A stretch of DNA of 64,000 bases from an uncultured Acidobacteriota bacterium. GTDB lineage: Bacteria > Acidobacteriota > Thermoanaerobaculia > Multivoradales > UBA5704. This document shows positions 28,187 through 37,729 of this stretch, piece by piece. The notes under the pieces are model-generated. The model was not told the DNA's origin, did no database searches, and saw only the letters and a list, made by a program, of their open reading frames with translations. The translations under genes were made by a program, and so were the position numbers. The stretch spans positions 4,992,001 through 5,056,000 of the forward strand of contig CAVYRF010000002.1 of assembly GCA_963770895.1 (NCBI GenBank), read 5' to 3'. The stretch's first letter is position 1. Each line of letters opens with the position of its first letter.

Positions 28187-28345
28187 CTAGCCGTGCAGGT
28201 ACGTGGTGGCGCTGTAGTGCAAGGCGAAAGTCGGGCATGGCACGCTCGCCCCACCAGCGACTTCGTCCACTTGGCGCGATCCTAGTGGGAGCAGCGTCTC
28301 TTTGTTGATCCTCATCTTCTTGATCGCGAGCTTCTGCTTCTTCAT
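28187..28345 (-). CDS. Putative RiPP precursor peptide 3, 52 aa: MKKQKLAIKKMRINKETLLPLGSRQVDEVAGG-ASVPCPTFALHYSATTYLHG
   Basis: GAAAGGAG RBS; KMRINKETLLPL leader; VAGG double-Gly site; AT-rich upstream region; downstream hairpin. Confidence 0.78.
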   Translation of the reverse strand: MKKQKLAIKKMRINKETLLPLGSRQVDEVAGGASVPCPTFALHYSATTYLHG

Positions 28346-28674
28346 CTCGATACTCCTTTCCTCGGCCCTTGTTGTGGGCGAGATTGGTTTTACATATATA
28401 ACGGGTGCGCGAGACCACGGGAATAGAGCCCGCGCCCGCGGGCTGACCGTTCTGGCAGCACAACTGAGGAGAGTCGCCACACCGCCGGTAGTGAGCCATT
28501 ACTCGTGCGCATGGGAAGTTGGCGGGGCTTCATTGCGGCTGGGGATGGGCGCAGGTGCGCGGTACAGAGCGGACAGTAGATGACATCCGGCTGTGTTCCG
28601 GCATGTGCGAGGTTGCCTCCGGGTCCAGGCGGGTAGGCGTCGTCTCTGGGCATGGCTCCCTCCTTCGGAATAGG

Positions 28675-28845
28675 TCAGGCTATCAGCTCCTCGCTCACCA
28701 AGCGCTGCGCCGCCGCGAGCAGGTCTGCCACGCTCCATGGGCTGCGGGAGATCCCCGCTGCCATCGCGGGCGTCATGCGGATGCTCTTGTGGAACTTGCA
28801 AAAATTGTATTAGACGAAGGACAGGGCCAGCGCCGGGGCGTCGCT
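28675..28845 (-). mobile_element. Remnant C-terminus of an IS1-like DDE transposase with in-frame stop
   Basis: Hand translation ALALSFV*YNFCKFHKSIRMTPAMAAGISRSPWSVADLL resembles the YNF-x-R-x-H-x3-TPAMAAG-x4-W tail of such transposases. Confidence 0.7.
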
Positions 28846-28850
28846 GCCCG

Positions 28851-29837
28851 TCAGTGCGGGCGGGGCAGGAAGCAGGCCAGGTCGCGGCTGACGGTGATCT
28901 CGGTTTCGGCCAGGGCGGCGGCGCGCTGGCGCTCGCGGTCGCGGCCGCCGCGGTAGGTGGCGGCAAGCAGATCCTGGAGCGCCGCCGGGGGGAGGCGCAG
29001 GCGGGTGGTTGCGGTGGCTTGGTGGACCAGCTCGAAAGACGCATCCAGGGTGGCGACGGTGGCGGCAAGACGGGGGCGCAACCGCCCTTCGCCGAGCACC
29101 GCCTGGCGCAGCTCGATCAGGTCGTCGGCGCCGGGCACGGCGACCAGCAGCCAAGCGGAGCGCCGCGTCGCGGCGTCATCGCTGGCGCCGGTGCTGGGTG
29201 TGATGGCAGGCGACAGGCCGGGGGCGAGCACGCGGCGGAGCTCCGGCGGATTGAGGTGCGCGGTCAGCACCATGGCCAGGTCGAAGCTGCCGTCGGCGTA
29301 GGGGAGGAACCGGTCGGCATTGGCGACCACCCAGGTTGCCGCCGGGTAGCGCCTGGCGGCAAGGTCGACGGCGGCGGCGGCAAGGTCCAGGCCGTGCGCC
29401 TCGACGTGGAGCGGGAGGTCGCCAGGGCTGGCGCTGCCGGGGGTGTCGCCGCGCCGGATGCCGCGGCTGGTGGCGTTCGCGGCGGCGGTGGCGGCGCTGG
29501 CGGCGGCGCTGGCGGCGGCGAGGTAGAAGCCTTCGCCGCAGCCGACGTCAAGCACGGAGCGCGGCGGCGGCAGGCCCATCGCTTCCATCGCGGTGGCGGC
29601 CTGCAGCAGGTGCGGCACCAGCCAATCGCCGTGGCCGGCATCGAAAAGGCGGCGGCGTGCCGCCACGGCCGCGGCGGAGTCGCCCGGATGCCGGGAGCGG
29701 CTGTCCTGCGGTTGGAGCAGATTGCAGTAGCCGCTGCGTGCCAAGTCGAAGCGGTGGCCCGCGGGGCAGGCCATCCAGCGCTCGCCGCGGGCCAGCGGCC
29801 GGCGACAGCCGCGCACCGGGCATAGCAACGTCACCAC
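28851..29837 (-). CDS. RlmA-like rRNA guanine-N1 methyltransferase
   Basis: CPVRGC...CPAGHRFDLARSGYCNLL zinc finger, PGDS, LDVGCGEGFY. Confidence 0.85.
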   Translation of the reverse strand: MVTLLCPVRGCRRPLARGERWMACPAGHRFDLARSGYCNLLQPQDSRSRHPGDSAAAVAARRRLFDAGHGDWLVPHLLQAATAMEAMGLPPPRSVLDVGCGEGFYLAAASAAASAATAAANATSRGIRRGDTPGSASPGDLPLHVEAHGLDLAAAAVDLAARRYPAATWVVANADRFLPYADGSFDLAMVLTAHLNPPELRRVLAPGLSPAITPSTGASDDAATRRSAWLLVAVPGADDLIELRQAVLGEGRLRPRLAATVATLDASFELVHQATATTRLRLPPAALQDLLAATYRGGRDRERQRAAALAETEITVSRDLACFLPRPH

Positions 29838-29848
29838 GCGTGGGGGCT

Positions 29849-30646
29849 CTACGGCCGGCCGGCGCGCAGGAAGAGCGGCCAGGCGATGCGGCGGACGGCG
29901 ACCGGATCGCCCCAGGCGGCGGCGAGCTCATCCTGCAGGAGCTTGACCGGATCGCGCCCCGTCGCGGCCTGGTAGCGGCGCACCGAAGACCAGGTGCCGA
30001 AATAGTGCAGCAGCTGGCCGAGGTCCCAGTGCGCCTCGATTTCGAGCGACGGCGCGGCGACTTCCGCAAAGGGGAATGGGATGGTGCGGTAGCGCTCGTC
30101 GACCCAGCGCCTCTCCGGCGGCCAATAGGTGCCGACGATCTGCTGCGACAGGCGATCGATCAAGCGGTCGAGGGCCGGGGTGATGCGCGCCAGGTCGTAG
30201 GTGACCGCGGCGATCGCGCCGCCGGGGGCCAGGACGCGGCGCGCTTCGACGTAGAAGAGATCGAAGTCGAACCAGTGCAGCGCCTGGGCGACGCACACCA
30301 GGTCGACGGTGTGATCGGCGGCGCCGGTGGCTTCGGCGCGAGCCTGCCGGTAGGTGACTCGCGGATGGGGCCAGGCGTTGGCCAGCTGCTCGGCGCTGGC
30401 GTCGAGCGCGAGCACGCGATCGAAACGCTCCGCCAGCCCGAGCGCCGCCTGGCCGTTGCCGGTGGCGCAGTCCATGGCCAGCGACCGCCGCTCCGGGAGC
30501 GTGGCGAGGAAATCGAACAGTGGAGCCGGGTAGGTGGGGCGGAAGGCGGCATAGTCGGCCGCATGGCCGGAGAAGTGATCCTTGAAGCGCGCCGTGGTGC
30601 CGGCGGGTGCGTCCGGCGCCTCCGGTTGATCGCGGTCGGTCGTCAT
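29849..30646 (-). CDS. Class I SAM-dependent methyltransferase
   Basis: FKDHFSGHAADYAAFRPTYP, DCATGNGQA, AQALHWF. Confidence 0.9.
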   Translation of the reverse strand: MTTDRDQPEAPDAPAGTTARFKDHFSGHAADYAAFRPTYPAPLFDFLATLPERRSLAMDCATGNGQAALGLAERFDRVLALDASAEQLANAWPHPRVTYRQARAEATGAADHTVDLVCVAQALHWFDFDLFYVEARRVLAPGGAIAAVTYDLARITPALDRLIDRLSQQIVGTYWPPERRWVDERYRTIPFPFAEVAAPSLEIEAHWDLGQLLHYFGTWSSVRRYQAATGRDPVKLLQDELAAAWGDPVAVRRIAWPLFLRAGRP

Positions 30647-30746
30647 CGGGCGGTAATGCGGATCGTGCGTGCCGCCGAGCAGGCCCGCCCCGGAAGCTTG
30701 CGCGGTCGTGTTCCGGGGCGGGCCGCTCAGGGCGTGGGGGCGGCGC

Positions 30747-31247
30747 CTACTTGGCGACGCGGAAGGCCTTGGTCGCGACCGACTTGCCGTCGAGCAGGAT
30801 TTCGACCTTGTAGTCGCCGGCCGGCCAGCCATCGGGCTTCGAGGCATGGAATTCGGTCCAGGCGTCGCCGGTGGGGCTGATGGCCTGGGTGTCTTCCTTG
30901 ACCGGCTTGTCGGCGCCGCTCTTGCCGACGAAGCTCCACTTGGCGGTGAGGTTGGCGGTGGTCGCGGCACCGGTGGTGCCGACCGAGGCGTAGAAGGTAT
31001 CGCCCTTGGCAAAGGTATCGGCTTCGGCCGGGACCTTCTTGTCAGCGCCGACGCTCTTGCCGATCGACAGCGACACGACGGTCAGCGGCGCGGCGGCTGG
31101 AGCGGCCGGTGCGGGTGCGGCGGCGGGCGTGGGTGCGGGCGCCGGAGCGGGAGGCGGCGGCTCTTCCTTGTGGCAGGCAGCGAGCGGTGCCAGGGCGAGC
31201 AGGGCAGCCAGGGGCAACATCCGAAGGGCGCGGGTCGAAGCGTTCAT
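30747..31247 (-). CDS. Hypothetical lipoprotein
   Basis: GAGGA RBS; signal with lipobox LAAC; Pro/Ala linker; beta domain ending WPAGDYKVEILLDG. Confidence 0.8.
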   Translation of the reverse strand: MNASTRALRMLPLAALLALAPLAACHKEEPPPPAPAPAPTPAAAPAPAAPAAAPLTVVSLSIGKSVGADKKVPAEADTFAKGDTFYASVGTTGAATTANLTAKWSFVGKSGADKPVKEDTQAISPTGDAWTEFHASKPDGWPAGDYKVEILLDGKSVATKAFRVAK

Positions 31248-31272
31248 GGGTCGTCCTCTCCGTTGACAGATT

Positions 31273-31548
31273 TCAGTCGGGGATGATGAGCTGCTGCCCC
31301 GGGTGGATGAGATCAGGGTTCTTGATGGTGTCTTTGTTGGCTTCGTAGATCTTTTGCCACAGGTTGGCATTGCCGTACTGCTGGTGGGCGATCTTGGACA
31401 GCGTGTCGCCGGCCGCCACGGTATAGGTTTTGGGTGCCGGGGGCGCGGCGTCGGGCGCCGGATCTGCCGGTGCCGTGGACGAGCTGCCGGATACCACGTT
31501 GGAGAAATCCGGATCGTCATCCGGCGTCTGCGGAGTGTCGGGTGCCAT
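31273..31548 (-). CDS. LysM peptidoglycan-binding domain protein
   Basis: [13 protein letters not shown]...[24 protein letters not shown]; GGAGG RBS. Confidence 0.92.
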   Translation of the reverse strand: MAPDTPQTPDDDPDFSNVVSGSSSTAPADPAPDAAPPAPKTYTVAAGDTLSKIAHQQYGNANLWQKIYEANKDTIKNPDLIHPGQQLIIPD

Positions 31549-31695
31549 GGTTCCCTCCTGGATTGCTGCCGGCGCCTGCCGCCACCGATCAGCCTTCGGG
31601 GTGTGCGCCGTGAGCTGTATTTAAGGATCAACGATACAAGCGGCGCGATTATAGCACCCGCGATGGCTAGCGCCCCGCACCATCCATGCTCTGCA

Positions 31696-33066
31696 CTAGG
31701 CGCCGACGCGCGCGATCGGCGCGTTGAAGCGCACGGCGATGCGCAGGACCAGCATCACCGCGATCACGCCCAGGGCGAGCGTGATGCCCCACCAGAGCCC
31801 GCGCGGGCCAAGGTGGGAGCTGAACGCCAGGATGCAGCCGATGGGCAGCGCGAGCAGCCAATAGCCGAGCAGGGCGGTGGCGGCGGGAACCGCGGTGTCC
31901 GCGGCGCCGCGCAGTATTCCCGCGCTGACCACCTGCGTGCCGTCGAACACCTGGAACACGGCGGCGATGGGCAGCAGCGAGGCGGCGACCGCGATCACCT
32001 GCGGATCGTTGCTGAACAGCGCCGCGAGCTGGCGGGGGAAGGTGCCAAACGCGACGGCAAACAGCGCCATCAGGCCTGCGCCCAAGCCCAGACACACGGC
32101 CGCGGTGCGCCGCGCCGCCGGCATGTCGGCCGCCCCGATGGCATTGCCGATCCGGGTCGCGGCGGCGCCGCCGATCCCGAGCGGCACCATGAACGACAAC
32201 GCGGACAGCATGATCGCGATCTCGTGGCCGGCCAGGGTCGCGGCGCCCAGCCGGCCCATCAGCAGGGCGATGGCCATGAAGAACGAAAGCTCGAGCGTCA
32301 TGTGAAATCCGATCGGCACGCCGATGCGCAGCAGCTGCACGATATCGCCCCATGCCTCGCCCAGCCGCGCGCGCACGCGGGCCGCCGGGAGCCGCGGCGC
32401 CGCCGCCATCAAAACCAGCAGCATCACCCAGCGCGCCGCCGAGGTGGCGTAGGCCGAGCCGGATACGCCGAGCGCCGGGCAGCCCCAGAGGCCGAAGATG
32501 AGGGCGTAATTGCCCAGCGCGTTGACCAGGTTGCCGACGGCGACCGCCGCCAGCGCGGGCCATACGATCCCCATGGCTTGCAGGCTCTGCCGCTGCACGT
32601 AGAAGAGCAGGTACGGGAGGTTGCCGAAAATCAGCACACGGAGGTAGGTGGTCGCGTCGGTCACCACCCCCGCCGGCTCGCCCAGAGCGCGCAGCAGCGG
32701 GGACACGTCGAGCATCGCCGCCGACAGCGGCAGGGCCAGCAAGACCGCCAGCAGCAGCCCGCGCCGCCAATGGCGGCCGATCGCCGCGCGATCGCCGGCG
32801 CCGTGCGCCTGCGCCACCAGCGGATCGAGCGCCCCCAGCGTGCCGGCGCCAAACACCAGCAGCGACATGCTGACGATGTGACCGATCGCGCACGCCGCCA
32901 AGGCTCGCGCCGAAAGGTGGCCGAGCATCGTGGTATCCACCGTGCCCATCAGCATGAGGCCCAGCTGCACGGTCACTACCGGCAGCGCCAGGCGCGCCGA
33001 GCCCCGCACCTCGGTCCAGATCCTGCCCTCGCCGGCAGTGCTGCCCCAGTCTCCTCCGATCGCCAA
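31696..33066 (-). CDS. MATE family efflux transporter (NorM-like)
   Basis: MGTVDTTMLGHL, LDPLVAQAHGA, FQVFDGTQVV; TTG start after GGAGG. Confidence 0.88.
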   Translation of the reverse strand: MAIGGDWGSTAGEGRIWTEVRGSARLALPVVTVQLGLMLMGTVDTTMLGHLSARALAACAIGHIVSMSLLVFGAGTLGALDPLVAQAHGAGDRAAIGRHWRRGLLLAVLLALPLSAAMLDVSPLLRALGEPAGVVTDATTYLRVLIFGNLPYLLFYVQRQSLQAMGIVWPALAAVAVGNLVNALGNYALIFGLWGCPALGVSGSAYATSAARWVMLLVLMAAAPRLPAARVRARLGEAWGDIVQLLRIGVPIGFHMTLELSFFMAIALLMGRLGAATLAGHEIAIMLSALSFMVPLGIGGAAATRIGNAIGAADMPAARRTAAVCLGLGAGLMALFAVAFGTFPRQLAALFSNDPQVIAVAASLLPIAAVFQVFDGTQVVSAGILRGAADTAVPAATALLGYWLLALPIGCILAFSSHLGPRGLWWGITLALGVIAVMLVLRIAVRFNAPIARVGA

Positions 33067-33208
33067 GTTCTGTCGCCTCCCGCGGTGCGCTCCGTGGCCC
33101 TGATGGCTTCCAACTATAGACGGCCCTGGTGCCCCGGATCGCGAGGCATGCTCGCGGCGCCCCGGCGGCGGTGCTCCCAGGTGGGGGCCGGCGGCGGTAC
33201 GATAGCGA

Positions 33209-34294
33209 GTGGTGTCCGATCGCGGTGAGTCCTGGCCAACCCTTGCCGCGCTGGTGCGGGCATTGGTGCCCGGCACCAGCTGGGAGCAGGCGCGGGTGTT
33301 GTGCCGCGCGGGCCGGGTGCTGGTCGGCGGCAGCCCGTTGGTCGATCCGGCAGCGCGACCCGACCCCGCCAGCCGGATCGAAGTGCTGGCGGAGGGCGCC
33401 CGGCCGCCGGCCGCGGCGCATCCGTTGGTGGGGGAGGCGCGGCAGGCGAAATCACAAAGCCTGGTGGTGTACGCGGATGCCGACGTGGTGGTGGTGCGCA
33501 AGCCGGCGGGAATCCTCACCGTCCCCTTCGAGCGCGGCGACCGCGACACGCTGCTCGACCTGACCCGCGTCGCGCTGCGCCGCCGCGAATCCGCCGCACG
33601 CGCGCCCCGGTTCGATCCCGCCGATGCCGCCGATGCGTCGATCGCCGCCGCCGGAAGCCGCGATCCGCGCGGCAACCCGCCGCCTTCGCGCCGCGGCGGC
33701 TTCAGTCCGACCTTGCGAGCGGTGCAGCGTCTGGACCGCGACACCTCGGGGCTGCTGGTCTTTGCGCGCACCGTCGCCGCGCAGCGGCACCTGCAGCAAC
33801 AGCTGGCGGAGCGCCTGGTGACGCGTCGCTACCAGGCGCTGGCGCACGGGCGGGTCGAGGACGCGACCTTCGATACCTGGCTGGTCGCGGATCGCGGCGA
33901 CGGCCTGCGGGGTTCGCTGGCGGCACCGCCACCGCAGCGGCAGCAGGATTGGGCGCGGCTGGCGCCGCCGGAGGGCGCCCGGCAGGCGGTGACGCTGGTG
34001 CGCGTGCTGGCGGCGCTGCGTGGTGCCACCCACGTCGCGTGTCAGCTTGAGACCGGCCGCCAACACCAGATCCGCATCCACCTCGCCGAAGCCGGTCATC
34101 CTCTGCTGGGCGAGAACGTCTACATCCGCGACTACCGCGGCCCCCGCATCGCCGCGCCGCGCCCCATGCTGCACGCCGCGGTGCTGGGCTTCCAGCATCC
34201 GCGCGACGGCCGCCGCCTGCACTTCGAAGATCCGCCTCCCGCCGACTTCGTCGAGCTGCTCGGACGGCTGCGCCTGCGACCCGCCCGGCCTTGA
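33209..34294 (+). CDS. RluA family pseudouridine synthase
   Basis: RKPAGI, QRLDRDTSG, ETGRQHQIRIHL, MLHA. Confidence 0.9.
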   Translation: MVSDRGESWPTLAALVRALVPGTSWEQARVLCRAGRVLVGGSPLVDPAARPDPASRIEVLAEGARPPAAAHPLVGEARQAKSQSLVVYADADVVVVRKPAGILTVPFERGDRDTLLDLTRVALRRRESAARAPRFDPADAADASIAAAGSRDPRGNPPPSRRGGFSPTLRAVQRLDRDTSGLLVFARTVAAQRHLQQQLAERLVTRRYQALAHGRVEDATFDTWLVADRGDGLRGSLAAPPPQRQQDWARLAPPEGARQAVTLVRVLAALRGATHVACQLETGRQHQIRIHLAEAGHPLLGENVYIRDYRGPRIAAPRPMLHAAVLGFQHPRDGRRLHFEDPPPADFVELLGRLRLRPARP

Positions 34295-34313
34295 CGCGGC
34301 GATCGGGGCGAGC

Positions 34314-34347
34314 CGGCGATCCGGCGATCCGGCGATCCGGCGAGCCT
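34314..34347. repeat. Short 8-bp tandem repeat (CCGGCGAT-like)
   Basis: ccggcgat ccggcgat ccggcgat ccggcgag, intergenic. Confidence 0.6.
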
Positions 34348-34446
34348 GGGATCGATCCCGACTGGAGGCACCGCCGCGCGGAGCGCACGGCTTCACGCGT
34401 GCGGCCGATTGACGAAGCAAGGGGTGTTTTCCGTCTATCAGGGTGA

Positions 34447-36033
34447 ATGCTGGCCCACGCTTCGACTGCCACCCCTTGGGGGATTGAGGCCCAGCTGGTG
34501 CTGGTGGAGGTGGACGTCCATCAAGGCCTGCCGATGATGCACATCGTCGGCTTGCCGGACGCTGCGGTGCGGGAAAGCCGCGAGCGCGTGCAGACGGCGG
34601 TCCGCAACTGCGGCTTTCATCGGGAGGCGCGGGCGGTCACGATCAACCTGGCGCCCGCCGATTTGCGCAAGGAGGGCAATCACCTCGATCTGGCGATCGC
34701 CCTGGCGCTCCTCGCCAGCGAGGGACATCTGCCGCAGGACGCGCTGGGCGATCGGCTGTTCTGCGGCGAGCTGGGTCTGGACGGCGCGGTGCGGCCGATT
34801 CGCGGCGGCCTCGCCATCGCCGATCTGGGCGCGCGTCTGGGGGTCCGCGAGATCCTGCTGCCGGCGGCGAATGCCGGCGAAGCGTCGGCGCTGGAAGCCG
34901 TGCGGGTCATCGCCGTGCGCACCTTGACCGAGGCCGTGCATCACCTGCTCGGCAGCGCCCCGCTGCCAGCCGCCGCAGCGCCGCGGCGCATCGATCGAGG
35001 GACCATGCCGCGTCACCGCGCGGGCGGCAATGGCGCCGCGGTGGGCTCCCCTGGCACGCCGCCGCCCGTCGCCCGCCCCGACCTGGCCGACGTGCAGGGT
35101 CAGGCGGCCGCCAAGCGCGCCCTTGAGGTCGCGGCGGCCGGCGGCCACAACCTGCTGCTGCTCGGCCCTCCAGGTTCCGGCAAGACCATGCTGGCGCGCT
35201 GCCTGCCGGCGCTGCTGCCGCCGCTGACGCAAGCCGAAGCCATCGAGGTCACCAAGATCCACTCCCTGGCCGCGGAATCCCCGCCCACGCACCTGATGCA
35301 CGAGCGCCCCTTCCGCAGTCCCCACACCAGCACCAGCACCGCGGGCCTGGTCGGTGGTGGCAACCCGCCGCGGCCGGGGGAAGCCAGCCTTGCCCACCAC
35401 GGCGTCCTCTTCCTGGACGAGCTGCCCGAGTTCCGCCGCGACACCCTGGAAGCTCTGCGCCAACCGCTTGAGGAAGGTTTTGTCACCATCGTCCGCGCCG
35501 GCGCATGCCTCACCTTCCCAGCCCGTTTCTCGCTGCTTGCCGCGCTTAACCTGTGTCCGTGCGGCCATCTGGGAGATCCCCGTCACCGCTGTTCGTGCCC
35601 GTCGCCGGCCATCGAGCGCTACCGCAGCCGCATCTCGGGACCGCTGCTCGACCGCATCGACCTGCACCTTGAGGTCACTCCCCCCAGCATTCACGAGCTG
35701 CGCGGCGGCGCCGGCGAAACGTCGACCACCGTCGCTCGCCGCATCGCCGCCGCGCGCGACCGCCAGATCGCCCGCTTCGGCGTCACCAGCCCCTTTCCGG
35801 TCAACGCCGCCATGGATCGCGAACAGCTGCGCCGGCACTGCCATCTGGACCCCGCCAGCCAGGAGCTCCTGGACGAAGCCTTCCTGACGCTCGGTCTGTC
35901 CGTGCGCGCTCTGGACCGCGTTCTAAGAGTCGCGCGCACCATCGCCGACCTGGACGCCGCGCCCGACATCCAAGCCGCGCACCTGGCCGAAGCCATCCAA
36001 TATCGCGTCCTGGACCGCCGCTTTCTGGGTTGA
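34447..36033 (+). CDS. comM: ComM/YifB Mg-chelatase-like AAA+ ATPase
   Basis: VGLPDAAVRES, INLAPADLRKEG, GPPGSGKTML, FLDELPEF, SGPLLDRID, AEAIQYR. Confidence 0.93.
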   Translation: MLAHASTATPWGIEAQLVLVEVDVHQGLPMMHIVGLPDAAVRESRERVQTAVRNCGFHREARAVTINLAPADLRKEGNHLDLAIALALLASEGHLPQDALGDRLFCGELGLDGAVRPIRGGLAIADLGARLGVREILLPAANAGEASALEAVRVIAVRTLTEAVHHLLGSAPLPAAAAPRRIDRGTMPRHRAGGNGAAVGSPGTPPPVARPDLADVQGQAAAKRALEVAAAGGHNLLLLGPPGSGKTMLARCLPALLPPLTQAEAIEVTKIHSLAAESPPTHLMHERPFRSPHTSTSTAGLVGGGNPPRPGEASLAHHGVLFLDELPEFRRDTLEALRQPLEEGFVTIVRAGACLTFPARFSLLAALNLCPCGHLGDPRHRCSCPSPAIERYRSRISGPLLDRIDLHLEVTPPSIHELRGGAGETSTTVARRIAAARDRQIARFGVTSPFPVNAAMDREQLRRHCHLDPASQELLDEAFLTLGLSVRALDRVLRVARTIADLDAAPDIQAAHLAEAIQYRVLDRRFLG

Positions 36034-36160
36034 ACTGCGGAGCCAGTGCCGGCGCCGGGTGGGGCCACACCACGCAAGCCGTACGGCCCCACGCGGGGCC
36101 GCCCACGGCCCGTCCGTCGTGCCGGGCCGCCTGGAGGGACGTGGGCGAAAGCCCATGGAT

Positions 36161-37729
36161 TCAACGCAGTGCGGCTTGCCTCGCCAGCTGCGCGCCGATC
36201 TCCAGCACAGCGGCCAGCAGGGCGTCGAAGTCAGAGCGCCGGCTACGGTGGTTGACGTTGGCCACGCGCAGGGCGTAGCAGCCGTCGATCTCGGTGCCCG
36301 ATGGCGCCGCGACGCCCGTCTCCTGGAGCCGCAGCAGCAGCTCCGCGTTGAGTGTGTTGAGCGCATTGTGGGCGTCGTCCGGCGCGACGGTAGCGGGCCG
36401 GTAGCGGAAGCACACCACGTTCAGCGGCACCGGCGCCAGCAGCTCCAGGTCTGGGTGCGCCGCGATGCCCGCCGCCAGGTAGGCTGCCTGCTCCACGTTC
36501 TGCTCGATGATGCGGGCAAGGCGCGCCATGCCGTGGGCTTTCCACGACAGCCAGACCTTGAGCGCGCGAAAGCCCCGCGTCAGCTCGATGCCGCGGTCGG
36601 CAAACGGCAGTCCGCCGGCAATCACGCCGCGCGTCGACGGGGCGAGGTAGCGAGCCGTCATCGCGAAGGCGGCCCGATGCAGCTCGGCGTCGCGGATCAG
36701 CACACAGGCGCATTCGAACGGCAGCGATCCCCACTTGTGAAGATCGAAGCCGAGCGAGTCCGCTCGCTCGATGCCGCGGACCAGGTGGCCCAGGTGGGGA
36801 GAGAGGCGGGCCAGGGCACCGAAGGCACCATCGACGTGGAACCAGAGCCGCTCGACACGGCACAGCTCGGCCAGGGCATCAAGGTCGTCGATGGCGCCGG
36901 TGTTCACCGTGCCGGCGGTGCCGGCGATGCAGCATGGCAGGTGTCCCGCGGCACGGTCCGCCGCCACCGCGGCGGCAAGAGCCGCGACGTCGATGCGCCC
37001 CTGGGAATCCGTCTCCACCAGGCGCAGGGCCGAGCTGCCCAGGCCCAGTACCTCCACCGCCCGCGCCGCCCAGCCATGGATCTCCGTCGATCCATAGATC
37101 CGCAACCGCCGGCTCAGCGCCTGGACCCCGTCCCGCCGCACGTCGCAGCCGGCGGAAAGCGCCGCTGCATGCCGCGCCACGGCCAGGCCGAGCAGGTTGG
37201 CCATCGTGCCGCCGGACACCAGCAAGCCGCTGGCCGCCGCCGGAAACCCCATGATCTCCGCGCACCACGCCAGCACCTGATCCTCGACCCGAGCCGGCGC
37301 CTGGTTGAAGCCCGCCATGTGAGGATTCAACCCCGCCGCCAGCATCTCGGCCATCATCCCCAGCGGCGTGCCGTTGCCCTGCACCCACCCCCAGAACCGG
37401 GGATGCAGATTGCCGTTCGGATAGGGCAGGACTCGCTCGACAAACTCCTCATACGCCGCCGCCGCGCCCACCCCCACCACCGGCACTGGCTCGTCAAACG
37501 AAGCCGCCACCGCCGCCGGCATCTGCCGCCAAGCCGGCTCGCCCGGCAGCCCCTCCAGCCGCCCCAGCATGTCATCCACCATCCTGTGGGCCAGTTGGCG
37601 AAACGCCGCCCATTCGGCAGGGTCCCGTGGGTCGAACGTCTCTTCCGGGCTCGCGCTCCTCACGCCCACCTCTGCGCAAACCCCTTCGTCATCCCCTTCG
37701 TCATCCCCTTTACCAGCCCTCTCGCTCAT
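36161..37729 (-). CDS. PLP-dependent group II (aromatic amino acid type) decarboxylase
   Basis: HPRFWGWV, SGGTMANL, HVDGAFG, DLHKW, NHRS; AGGAGG RBS. Confidence 0.9.
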   Translation of the reverse strand: MSERAGKGDDEGDDEGVCAEVGVRSASPEETFDPRDPAEWAAFRQLAHRMVDDMLGRLEGLPGEPAWRQMPAAVAASFDEPVPVVGVGAAAAYEEFVERVLPYPNGNLHPRFWGWVQGNGTPLGMMAEMLAAGLNPHMAGFNQAPARVEDQVLAWCAEIMGFPAAASGLLVSGGTMANLLGLAVARHAAALSAGCDVRRDGVQALSRRLRIYGSTEIHGWAARAVEVLGLGSSALRLVETDSQGRIDVAALAAAVAADRAAGHLPCCIAGTAGTVNTGAIDDLDALAELCRVERLWFHVDGAFGALARLSPHLGHLVRGIERADSLGFDLHKWGSLPFECACVLIRDAELHRAAFAMTARYLAPSTRGVIAGGLPFADRGIELTRGFRALKVWLSWKAHGMARLARIIEQNVEQAAYLAAGIAAHPDLELLAPVPLNVVCFRYRPATVAPDDAHNALNTLNAELLLRLQETGVAAPSGTEIDGCYALRVANVNHRSRRSDFDALLAAVLEIGAQLARQAALR

